From positions 1 through 49,537 of the forward strand of contig JBGPIT010000002.1 of the NCBI GenBank assembly GCA_041485125.1: DNA of 49,537 nucleotides, in the 5' to 3' direction. Position 1 is the stretch's first letter. Each line of letters begins with the position of its first letter. Origin of the DNA: Candidatus Binatia bacterium. GTDB lineage: Bacteria > Desulfobacterota > Binatia > UTPRO1. The position numbers and the translations under genes were made by a program. Under the pieces are notes generated by a model. The model worked only from the letters and a program-made list of their open reading frames with translations. It ran no database searches and had not been told where the DNA came from. This document shows positions 29,288 through 36,985 of the stretch, in pieces.

Positions 29288-29296
29288 TGCCCGCCC

Positions 29297-30550
29297 ATGC
29301 AGGCCGTCGTCTTCGTTCCGGATCGACGCTGCACGGAGCGTGACGGCGCGCCGGGCGGCCTCGCGCCGCTCGAGCGGCAGCTGAAGCAGCTGCGATCGCT
29401 CGGCTGCGATCGTCCGTTCCTGTTGCTGCCCGACGGCGTCGAGGTCGCAGATGCCGCGCTACCGGTCGGGGTCCTGCCGAGCGTGGCGCGCGTCCCAGCG
29501 GAGACACCTGACGTCTTCGCGGCGCTCCACGCTGCGGCGGCGCGTTTGCCCGGCGAGCTCGTGTTCTCGTCCGCCGATCGTCTCGTCGATCTCCGTGTCT
29601 GGCGCGCGCTCGCCGGCGCAGCGGGCACGGTCGTCGCGACCTCGAGCGGCGGCAGCGTGGAGCCGGTCGGCCGCACGACGGCGGCGGACGTACGGAGCGC
29701 GGGCACGACGCTCGGCGCGCGGGCACGCCGCCTCGACGTCGCCGCGCTCGATCCGTACCTTCCGGAGCTCCGCGGGACGCTGCCCGCGTACGTCGCGCCG
29801 GTGCGGTCGGATGCCGAGCGCGCCGCGGGTTGGCGCCTCCTCCTCGACGCCGTGCAGAAGCGGACGCTCGATCTCCCGGGCCGGTACTTCGACACGCCCT
29901 TCGAGAATGCGCTCGTCCGCCGCCTGGCGCCGACGGCGGTGACGCCGAACCAGATCACCGTCGCGACGACGGTGATCGCCGGGCTCACCGGCGTGCTCTT
30001 TCTGCGCGGCTATCTGCGGCTCGGCATCGTGCTCGCGCTGCTCGTCGGTGTCCTCGACGGCGTGGACGGCAAGCTCGCGCGCATCAAGCTCGCGACCTCG
30101 CGCGTGGGCGCACTCGAGCACGTCACCGACTTCTTCTACGAGAACTTCTGGTACCTGAGCCTGGCGTCCTCTCTCGCGCGCGAGGGCGGCATGATGCTGT
30201 GGCACGCGGGAGTCGTCCTCGTCGCCGCCGACTTCCTCGACAACCTCGCCTACCTGGGGGTGCGCGTGCGGACCGGGCGGATGCTCGACGAGCTCACCGC
30301 GTTCGACCGCCGCTTCCGCGCCGTCGCCGGGCGGCGGAACGTGTACGTGATGATCTTCGCCGCCGGTTTTTTCAGCGGACACGCCGCCACGACGTTCCTG
30401 GTCGCGACCGCCTGGGCGGTGGTGACCGTGGCCGTCCACGCCGCGCGGCTGGTGACGGTCCGGCCGTCCGCCGACGAGCCGCGGGCGGACGGCGCCCTTC
30501 AGCTCCCCGAGATCGAGTCCGCGAGCGGCGTGCTGCTCCACGAGAAGTAG
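29297..30550 (+). CDS. Two-domain CDP-alcohol phosphotransferase family protein, paralog 2 (divergent catalytic motif)
   Basis: In-frame ATG at 29297 within track ORF 28637..30550; the upstream part of that ORF is antisense to the HAD gene. 417 aa. The N-terminal soluble ~200 aa (MQAVVFVPDRR...) have no GxGxR. The C-terminal membrane domain has LDGVDGKLARIKLATSRVGALEHVTDF. Confidence 0.75.
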   Translation: MQAVVFVPDRRCTERDGAPGGLAPLERQLKQLRSLGCDRPFLLLPDGVEVADAALPVGVLPSVARVPAETPDVFAALHAAAARLPGELVFSSADRLVDLRVWRALAGAAGTVVATSSGGSVEPVGRTTAADVRSAGTTLGARARRLDVAALDPYLPELRGTLPAYVAPVRSDAERAAGWRLLLDAVQKRTLDLPGRYFDTPFENALVRRLAPTAVTPNQITVATTVIAGLTGVLFLRGYLRLGIVLALLVGVLDGVDGKLARIKLATSRVGALEHVTDFFYENFWYLSLASSLAREGGMMLWHAGVVLVAADFLDNLAYLGVRVRTGRMLDELTAFDRRFRAVAGRRNVYVMIFAAGFFSGHAATTFLVATAWAVVTVAVHAARLVTVRPSADEPRADGALQLPEIESASGVLLHEK

Positions 30551-31506
30551 GCGAACGCCGCGAGACCGGTCGCGCTCACCGCGAGCTGATTCAGGCGGAC
30601 GACGATTGCGACCGCGAGGCCGGTCGCCGCGCCCAAGCCGAACGCGCTGAAGATCAGCACGCGGCCGCCCTCTTGCACCCCGACCCGCCCGGGCACGACG
30701 AACATCGCCGAGTCGATGACGAGCGACGCCGCCTCGATCGCGAGGCAGGTGGCGAAGCTCGCGCCCACGCCGAGGGCGCCGAGAATGAACCAGAGCTGGA
30801 CCAGGCCGACGAGCTGGCCGACGGTATGCCACGCCACTGACGCGACGAGCGCGCCCGGACGCTCGCGCCAGAGGTGCTCGAGACGATGATCGAGCGCGGC
30901 GCCCCGGTCGCGGAGCGCGAGCGCGAGCCGCGCGCGCGGCGCCACGCGTGCGAACGCGGCGCCGATGCCGCCGACCCAGCCGCGGCGTTGCACGACGACC
31001 ACGGCGGCGAGCGCCGCCACCAGGACGGCGAAACCCGCGACGATGGCGAGCGCGAGCTGGGGCGCATCGTGAAGGCGCCGCACCGCGAGGCCGATCCCGA
31101 GGAGGACGACCGTCGCCTGCGCGATCACCAGGCTCAGCTTGGAGACGACGAGCGAGGCAACCACGTCCGCCGCGCCAGCGGTCCCGCGCAATAGCATACC
31201 CTTCACCACCTCGCCGCCGAGGCTCGCCGTCGGCGTCAGGAGATTGATCGCGGTGCCCGCCTGCCGGATCCAGTAGAGACGCCAGAAGCCGATCGGCGTG
31301 CCGGGCGCGAGCGTACACTGCCAGCCGCGCGTGTTGCAGCCGTCGGTCACGAGCTCGAACAGCACGACGACGAGAAAGCCGGCGCCGAGACGCTCGAGCG
31401 CCGTGGTGATCGCGGCGACACCGATCGCGCGCACCAACACCGCGAAGAGGACGCCCCCGGCGACGGCGAGACCGAGCTGGAGCGACCGCAACGTCCGCGC
31501 ACTCAT
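30499..31506 (-). CDS. UPF0104 / lysyl-PG synthase TM-region (MprF flippase-like) family membrane protein
   Basis: 335 aa and polytopic. It has family-like segments INLLTPTASLGGEVVKGMLL and FVVPGRVGVQEGG. Its 3' end overlaps the convergent paralog 2 by 52 nt. Confidence 0.65.
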   Translation of the reverse strand: MSARTLRSLQLGLAVAGGVLFAVLVRAIGVAAITTALERLGAGFLVVVLFELVTDGCNTRGWQCTLAPGTPIGFWRLYWIRQAGTAINLLTPTASLGGEVVKGMLLRGTAGAADVVASLVVSKLSLVIAQATVVLLGIGLAVRRLHDAPQLALAIVAGFAVLVAALAAVVVVQRRGWVGGIGAAFARVAPRARLALALRDRGAALDHRLEHLWRERPGALVASVAWHTVGQLVGLVQLWFILGALGVGASFATCLAIEAASLVIDSAMFVVPGRVGVQEGGRVLIFSAFGLGAATGLAVAIVVRLNQLAVSATGLAAFAYFSWSSTPLADSISGS

Positions 31507-31533
31507 CGTGATCCGCGGGCGCCGCGCCCGGCC

Positions 31534-32217
31534 TCAGCGCACGTCGTTCGGGTCACCGGGGGGATTGGCGAGCGCCGCGTCGGCGTCGACGCGCTGCCCG
31601 TCCACGATCACGTCCCGGCCGGCGACGCGCACGCGCCCATGCGCGATCAGCTGGATCGCGCGCGGATAGAGCCGGTGCTCCTGCCGCTGAATGCGCGCGT
31701 GGAGCGTCGTCTCGGTATCGCCTGCGACCACCGGGACCGCCGCTTGCGCGAGGATCGGACCGTGGTCGGCCTGCTCGTCGACGAAGTGGACGGTGACGCC
31801 CGTGATGCGGACGCCGTGCGCGAGCGCGTCGCGCTCCGCGTGGATCCCCGGGAAGGCCGGCAGCAGGGCGGGGTGGATGTTCAGGACGCGCTCCGGAAAA
31901 GCGTCGAGAAGGACGCGGCTCACCAGGCGCATGAAGCCCGCGAGGACGACGAGCCCGACGTCGTGCGCGCGCAGGACCTCGACCAGGCGCGCGTCGTAGG
32001 CCTCACGCGACGGGGACTCGGCGGGCGTGACGACGTGCGCCGGTATCGCGTGGGTCTGGGCGCGGGTGAGGCCGTAGGCGTCCGCGCGATTGCTGATCAC
32101 GACCGCAATGCGCGCGTCGAGGCGACCGACGGCGATGGCGTCGATCAACGCCTGCAGATTGCTACCGCTGCCCGAGAGCAGGACACCGAGCGCGAGCGGG
32201 CTGCGCGTCGCGCTCAT
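31534..32217 (-). CDS. purN: Phosphoribosylglycinamide formyltransferase
   Basis: From ATG 32217: MSATRSPLALGVLLSGSGSNLQALIDA...VLAGFMRLV...VLNIHPALLPAFPG...GVTVHFVDEQADHGPI. Confidence 0.9.
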   Translation of the reverse strand: MSATRSPLALGVLLSGSGSNLQALIDAIAVGRLDARIAVVISNRADAYGLTRAQTHAIPAHVVTPAESPSREAYDARLVEVLRAHDVGLVVLAGFMRLVSRVLLDAFPERVLNIHPALLPAFPGIHAERDALAHGVRITGVTVHFVDEQADHGPILAQAAVPVVAGDTETTLHARIQRQEHRLYPRAIQLIAHGRVRVAGRDVIVDGQRVDADAALANPPGDPNDVR

Positions 32218-32375
32218 ACGCTCCGGCGCCGATCCGCGTCGCGCATGAGGCGGATACACCGGAAAGGACCGTCGCTGTCAATTCGCGACGCGCCGGCAGA
32301 AAGACGCTGCGCGCCCTCGCGTGGAGGCTTTTGTCTATCGGCGAAGGACACCCGTGCACCGTCGCGACCACGCGG

Positions 32376-33122
32376 TCAGAGCACGCGCGCGATCGTGATG
32401 ACGTCGACGGCTGCGGCGCCCGCCGCGCGCAACGCCGTCGCGGCAGCGCGCGCCGTCGCGCCCGACGTCCAGACGTCGTCGACGAGGAGAATCGAACGAC
32501 CCGCGATCCGCTCGGCTGCCACGACGGTGAACGCCTGTGCGACGTTCGCGGCGCGGGCCGCGAGCGAGAGCGCGGTCTGCGACGGCGTGTCGCGAACGCG
32601 CCGCAGCACGGCGAGGGCGCACGGCCGTCCGAGGGCGCGCGCGAGCTTCTGTCCGACCACGGCGCTCTGATTGAAGCCGCGCTCGCGGAGCCGGCGGACG
32701 TGGAGCGGCACCGGCACGACGAGATCGATCGTGCGCTCCGGGACCCGCGACAGCATCGCGGCCGCGAAGCGCCGGCCGAGGCGGCGCATGCCGCGATACT
32801 TGAACGCGGCGAGCGCGCGCGCGACGGGGCTCGGACCGTCGGCGGCGCGATAGGCTGCCCAGGCCCGCGCGCTGCGGATCGGCAACGCTGGCGCCGTGCG
32901 GCAAGCGTCGCAGAACGACGCCGATGCTGCGGCGGCGTCGCCGGCGATCGCGTCGAGCGGCACCCCGCAGGCGACGCACTCCGGCGGACCGAGCACGTTG
33001 ATTTCGGCGCGGCACTCGGCGCAGAAGAGCAGGGTGGAGACGACGAGCGCGGGGCAGGCGGCGCATCGCTCGGGACAGACGAGATCGGCGACCGCACCGA
33101 CGAGAGCAGTGACGCGAGGCAC
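32376..33122 (-). CDS. comF: ComF family protein (phosphoribosyltransferase domain)
   Basis: 248 aa. It has N-terminal Cys pairs (CPERCAAC...CAECRAE...CVACG) and a C-terminal PRTase motif ILLVDDVWTSGATA. Confidence 0.8.
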   Translation of the reverse strand: MPRVTALVGAVADLVCPERCAACPALVVSTLLFCAECRAEINVLGPPECVACGVPLDAIAGDAAAASASFCDACRTAPALPIRSARAWAAYRAADGPSPVARALAAFKYRGMRRLGRRFAAAMLSRVPERTIDLVVPVPLHVRRLRERGFNQSAVVGQKLARALGRPCALAVLRRVRDTPSQTALSLAARAANVAQAFTVVAAERIAGRSILLVDDVWTSGATARAAATALRAAGAAAVDVITIARVL

Positions 33123-33187
33123 GGCTGTGCTCCTCGCACGGGACCCGGGGGCGCGGATGATACGCGCCGGCGGGCGCTGAGCACAAC

Positions 33188-33553
33188 GTGCGCTGTGCCT
33201 CGTGCCGCGCCTCTGCGGGCTTCATGAAGCGTCTCTGCGACTCGTGCGCCGAGGCGTGGCGTCTCTACGAGCAGCACCGCGGCACGATCGGCCTCACGCA
33301 GTTTCTCGATCTCCTGATCGACGCCGGCATGGAACGCGAGAGGATCGAGGCCGCCCTCGCGGGCGATCTCGACGGGCAGGGCGCGCTCCGCGATCGCCTC
33401 ACCGCTGACATGGCCAATCGCATGCTCGCGGACATGGGCGTCGCCGGGCGGCAGACCGCGGCCGACGTGAAACGGCTGCGAGAGTCGGGCGGAGCCGGCG
33501 CGTCGACGACGCGACCCGCGGGCGATGCCAAGCCGCCGCCGTCCCGCCGCTGA
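33188..33553 (+). CDS. Hypothetical protein with N-terminal CxxC...CxxC
   Basis: 121 aa with a GTG start: MRCASCRASAGFMKRLCDSCAEAWRLYEQHRGTIGLTQFLDLLIDAGMERERIEAAL... It has a low-complexity tail and is followed by a perfect hairpin. No family recognised. Confidence 0.4.
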   Translation: MRCASCRASAGFMKRLCDSCAEAWRLYEQHRGTIGLTQFLDLLIDAGMERERIEAALAGDLDGQGALRDRLTADMANRMLADMGVAGRQTAADVKRLRESGGAGASTTRPAGDAKPPPSRR

Positions 33554-33566
33554 CGTCGGTCTGCCA

Positions 33567-33592
33567 CTCGCACGCGGCGCTCCGCGTGCGAG
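33567..33592 (+). terminator. Perfect 11 bp GC-rich hairpin 14 nt after a stop codon (no U-tract)
   Basis: CTCGCACGCGG-CGCT-CCGCGTGCGAG. The stem is perfectly complementary with a 4 nt loop. It is followed by GAAGTGCC, not a T run. Confidence 0.35.
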
Positions 33593-33672
33593 GAAGTGCC
33601 TGGACACTGCGTCCGACCAGCCGCTACACTCGCAGGCGCGCAGAGCCGGAGGGGCGGAAAGGTGACGCTTTC

Positions 33673-33834
33673 ATGCGGCAATTTCTGACCGGCCTGTTTC
33701 TTGGGATCGCGTTTATGTACATCTCGTACCACAAGGACGAGATCGTCCTGGAGGCGACGTCGTGGTTCGCGCACGCATCGCACGATGCCGAAGCGGACGC
33801 GAGGATCCAGAAGATGACCGCCCAGCGGCGCTGA
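33673..33834 (+). CDS. Small hypothetical membrane protein (53 aa)
   Basis: Internal ATG 33673 of track ORF 33586..33834: MRQFLTGLFLGIAFMYISYHKDEIVLEATSWFAHASHDAEADARIQKMTAQRR. It has one TM helix. A purine-rich GGAGGGGCGGAAAGG lies just upstream. Confidence 0.35.
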   Translation: MRQFLTGLFLGIAFMYISYHKDEIVLEATSWFAHASHDAEADARIQKMTAQRR

Positions 33835-33893
33835 CCGCGGGCCATGACCGCGGCGCCGCCCGTCGACGGACCGGGGTCGCGTACGGAAACGGG

Positions 33894-34334
33894 ATGCTCT
33901 CCGAAGCACGACTACGCCAAGATCTACAGACTGCGATGAAGGCGCGCGACACCCTGACCATGTCGGTGCTGCGCGGCGTGATCGCGGCCGTCGCCAATCA
34001 GAAGATCGAGCGCGGTGGAGCCGATCTCGGCGAGCCGGAGATCCTGGTGCTGCTACAGCGCGAGACCAAGAAGCGCGAGGAAGCCGAGGAGTTCGCGCGC
34101 CGCGCGAGCCGCAACGAGTTGGTGGAGCAGAACGCCGCCGAGCGCGCCATCCTCGCGCGCTACCTGCCGCGGGCGCTCGAGGACGGCGAAGTCGAGAACC
34201 TCGTCCGTAGCTGGGTCGCGGAGGGCGTCGCCGGCATCGGTCCGTTGATGGCGCGTTTGAAGGAGCACTACGCCGGACGGTACGACGGCAAGCGCGCGTC
34301 CGAGATCGTCCGCAAGATCGTCGCCGGCGGCTGA
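33894..34334 (+). CDS. yqeY: GatB/YqeY domain-containing protein
   Basis: From ATG 33894: MLSEARLRQDLQTAMKARDTLTMSVLRGVIAAVANQKIE...LLQRETKKREEAEEFARRASRNELVEQNAAERAILARYLP. Confidence 0.82.
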   Translation: MLSEARLRQDLQTAMKARDTLTMSVLRGVIAAVANQKIERGGADLGEPEILVLLQRETKKREEAEEFARRASRNELVEQNAAERAILARYLPRALEDGEVENLVRSWVAEGVAGIGPLMARLKEHYAGRYDGKRASEIVRKIVAGG

Positions 34335-34419
34335 GCCGCCGCGAGCACATGCTCGACGCGGCGCGCCCACGGCGCTACCGAGCAGCACCATCAGAGTCCG
34401 CAGCCGAGCCGCCGCAGCT

Positions 34420-34449
34420 TTGACTTGTTCGAGCGGTGACGGCTACGAT
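34420..34449 (+). promoter_or_regulatory. Candidate sigma-70-type promoter for greA
   Basis: TTGACT (34420-34425), an 18 nt spacer, then TACGAT (34444-34449). It lies about 22 nt upstream of the greA ATG, with GGAGGA in between. Confidence 0.4.
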
Positions 34450-34471
34450 TCGCTGCTTTCGGAGGAGCACC

Positions 34472-34966
34472 ATGGAACTTCCGGTCGTGAAGCGCCTGAA
34501 GAAAGATCTTCAGGAGCTCATGCACGAGCTGAACGTCGATTTGCCGAAACAGCTGCAGGAGGCGGCGGCCCACGGCGATCTCTCCGAGAACGCCGAGTAC
34601 GACGCCGCCAAGTCGCGGCAGGAGCTGGTGCGCGCACGGATCCGGCAGATCCAAGGCCGTGTCCGCGAGCTCTCGATGTACACGCTCGCGTCGATCCCCC
34701 ACGGCGTCGCGGCCTACGGCAGCCGGGTCACGGTCGAGGACAACGACGAGGGTGCGACCATCGAGTACCGCATCGTGTTCCCGGAAGAGGCCGACGCGGC
34801 AATCGGCACGATCTCGATCAGCTCGCCGATCGGCCGCGCGCTCGTGAACCGCGGCGTGGGAGACCAGGTCGAGGTGCAGACACCGGGGGGCAAGAAGAGC
34901 TATTCGATCGTGGCGTTGATCACCATGCACGAGATCGGCACGGAGGTTTCCGAACCCGACGCGTGA
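34472..34966 (+). CDS. greA: Transcription elongation factor GreA
   Basis: From ATG 34472 (GGAGGA sits 6 nt upstream): ...AAAHGDLSENAEYDAAKSRQELVRARIRQIQ...ISISSPIGRALVNRGVGDQVEVQTPGGKKSYSIV. Confidence 0.9.
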   Translation: MELPVVKRLKKDLQELMHELNVDLPKQLQEAAAHGDLSENAEYDAAKSRQELVRARIRQIQGRVRELSMYTLASIPHGVAAYGSRVTVEDNDEGATIEYRIVFPEEADAAIGTISISSPIGRALVNRGVGDQVEVQTPGGKKSYSIVALITMHEIGTEVSEPDA

Positions 34967-34983
34967 GGGCCAGGAGGGCGCAC

Positions 34984-36795
34984 ATGGCGTACCGCAATCT
35001 CGCGGAGATGTTCTTCACTCGCGCCGGCGATCTCGCCGACCGCCCGCGCTATCGCGTGAAGCGCGACGGGGAGTGGCGCGACGTCACCTGGGGCACCATG
35101 GCGACGACCGTGCGTGAGGTCGCTGCGGGCCTGGTCGAGCTCGGCATCGCACCGGCGCAGAAGATCGCGATCCTCGCCAACACGCGGCCGGAGTGGGTCG
35201 AGGCCGACCTCGGGATCTACAGCGTCGGCGGCATCTCGGTGCCGATCTATCAGTCCAATTTGCCGCACGAGGTCGGCTACATTCTCGCGAACTCCGAGTC
35301 GCGCGTCTGCTTCGTCGAGAACCCGAAGCAGCTCGCCAAGGTCCGCACGGTCCAACGCGAGGGCTTCGAGCTCGACGGGCAACGCATGCTGGTCGAGGTG
35401 TCGCACCTGATTCTCATCGACGGCGAGCCCGACGGCGCCGACGTCGTGACGCTCGCCGACCTCCGGACACGCGGCCGCGCCGCGCTCGCACGAAGCGGCA
35501 CCACCATCGACCAGCGCATCGGCGGCGTCGGTCGCGACGACCTCGCGACCATCGTCTACACCTCGGGCACGACCGGACCGCCGAAGGGCGTCATGCAGAC
35601 GCACGGCAATCATCTGGCGGCACTGGAGGCCGTGAGCGAGATCGGCCTCGCCAAGGAAGGGGAGGTCGACTTCTTTTTCCTGCCGCTCGCGCACTCGTTC
35701 GCGCGCATGGTGGAGTACTTCGGCCTGCTGGTCGGAACGATCACGGCGTACTCGACGTCGATCGACGTCCTCGCCCAGGAGATCGCCGAGATCAAGCCGC
35801 ACGTGATCCCGTCGGTGCCGCGCATCTACGAGAAGATCTACGCCCGCATCCTGAGCTCGCGTGAGACCGGCGGCACGGTGAAGCGCTGGCTCTTCGACTG
35901 GGCGCTCGAGGTCGGCCGCGCCCGCAGCCTCGCGCAGCAGCAAGGCCAGTCGCCGCCGCTCCACATCCAAGCGCAGGCGCTGCTCGCCGATCGCCTGGTC
36001 TTCTCGCGCATCCACGACGTGCTCGGGGGACGCGTGCGGATCATGGTCTCCGGCGGCGCGCCGCTCGCGCGCGAGATCATGGAGTTCTTCCACGCCACCG
36101 GGCTCTTGATCCTCGAAGGCTATGGCCTCACCGAGACGACGCCGATCCTCACCTGCAACCGGCCGAACCATTTCAAGTTCGGCACCGTCGGCCAGCCGCT
36201 CGACCACGTCACGCTCCACATCGCCGCGGACGGCGAGATCCTGGCCAAGGGACCGAACATCGCGCAGGGCTACTACAAGCGGCCCGAGGCGAGCGCCGAG
36301 GCGTGGGATCCCGAGGGTTGGTTCCACACCGGTGACATCGGCGAGATCGATACCGAAGGGTTCCTCCGCATCACCGATCGGAAGAAGGACCTCATTAAGA
36401 CCTCCGGCGGCAAGTACGTCGCACCGCAGAACATCGAGAACCTCTTGAAGACGCAGCTGCACATCAGCCAAGCCGTGGTGATCGGCGACAACCGCAAATA
36501 CTGCGTGGCGCTGGTGACCCTGGACCCGGAAGAGATCGACCGCTTCGCGCGTACCGAGCAGATCCCCTACGGCGATCAAGGCGAGATCTGTCGCCACCCG
36601 CGCGTGGTCGAGCTCATCGAGACCGAGGTGCAGGCCGTCAACAAGCACCTCGCCTCGTACGAGAGCGTGAAGTACTTCCGCATCCTCGACCGCGACTTCT
36701 CCCAAGAGACCGGCGAGCTGACGCCGAGCCTCAAGGTGAAGCGCAAAGTCGTGACCGAGCGGTATCGCGACCTGATCGACGAGATGTACGGTTGA
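34984..36795 (+). CDS. AMP-dependent long-chain fatty acid--CoA ligase
   Basis: In-frame ATG 34984 of track ORF 34420..36795. About 603 aa with the AMP-binding motif IVYTSGTTGPPKGV, plus GYGLTET, WFHTGDIG and DRKKDLIKTSGGKYV. Confidence 0.88.
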   Translation: MAYRNLAEMFFTRAGDLADRPRYRVKRDGEWRDVTWGTMATTVREVAAGLVELGIAPAQKIAILANTRPEWVEADLGIYSVGGISVPIYQSNLPHEVGYILANSESRVCFVENPKQLAKVRTVQREGFELDGQRMLVEVSHLILIDGEPDGADVVTLADLRTRGRAALARSGTTIDQRIGGVGRDDLATIVYTSGTTGPPKGVMQTHGNHLAALEAVSEIGLAKEGEVDFFFLPLAHSFARMVEYFGLLVGTITAYSTSIDVLAQEIAEIKPHVIPSVPRIYEKIYARILSSRETGGTVKRWLFDWALEVGRARSLAQQQGQSPPLHIQAQALLADRLVFSRIHDVLGGRVRIMVSGGAPLAREIMEFFHATGLLILEGYGLTETTPILTCNRPNHFKFGTVGQPLDHVTLHIAADGEILAKGPNIAQGYYKRPEASAEAWDPEGWFHTGDIGEIDTEGFLRITDRKKDLIKTSGGKYVAPQNIENLLKTQLHISQAVVIGDNRKYCVALVTLDPEEIDRFARTEQIPYGDQGEICRHPRVVELIETEVQAVNKHLASYESVKYFRILDRDFSQETGELTPSLKVKRKVVTERYRDLIDEMYG

Positions 36796-36958
36796 TTCCG
36801 GTTGGCGAGCGCGCGTCCGCACTCGCGGTCGTGCAGTCTCGGCGCTGCCCGCGCGTCATGTGCTGCATGTCGGTAGTGTAAATTAAGAAAGTACCTGCGT
36901 GCTGCGCATGCTTGCGCGCATGTCAGGGTCGTGGTAATCCAGCGAATGTTTTTGGCCG

Positions 36959-36985
36959 AAAAAAGTGGGCCCCGCCCGCTTTTTT
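36959..36985 (+). terminator. Weak intrinsic terminator/attenuator-like hairpin in the leader of the rimP-nusA-infB operon
   Basis: AAAAAA-GTGGGC-CCC-GCCCGC-TTTTTT. This is a 6 bp stem (one G-U pair) with a 3 nt loop, an A6 tract on the 5' side and a T6 tract on the 3' side. It lies 164 nt after the acyl-CoA ligase stop and 132 nt before the rimP start. It is the only T-tract hairpin I found in the window. Confidence 0.45.

Noticed and set aside
28637-29296. N-terminal extension of track ORF 28637..30550
   Set aside because: It is antisense to the HAD hydrolase gene and Arg/Glu/Ala-rich. The in-frame ATG at 29297 gives a protein collinear with paralog 1.
29459-31318. 619 aa minus-strand ORF, and the 29830..30840 plus-strand ORF
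   Set aside because: These are Arg/Gly/Pro-rich shadow frames that overlap paralog 2 and the flippase-like gene. Those two genes show coherent TM-helix patterns and motifs.
23397-31506. Reading the accessory locus as a straightforward di-myo-inositol-phosphate or phosphatidylinositol pathway
   Set aside because: There is no inositol-1-phosphate synthase in the window. The dehydrogenase, aminotransferase, ATP-grasp protein and second divergent transferase have no role in those known pathways. I therefore kept it as an open candidate rather than assigning a known product.
34335-34365. Imperfect GC hairpin after yqeY
   Set aside because: It needs bulges to extend beyond 5 bp and has no T-tract. 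The support is not good enough to call a terminator.
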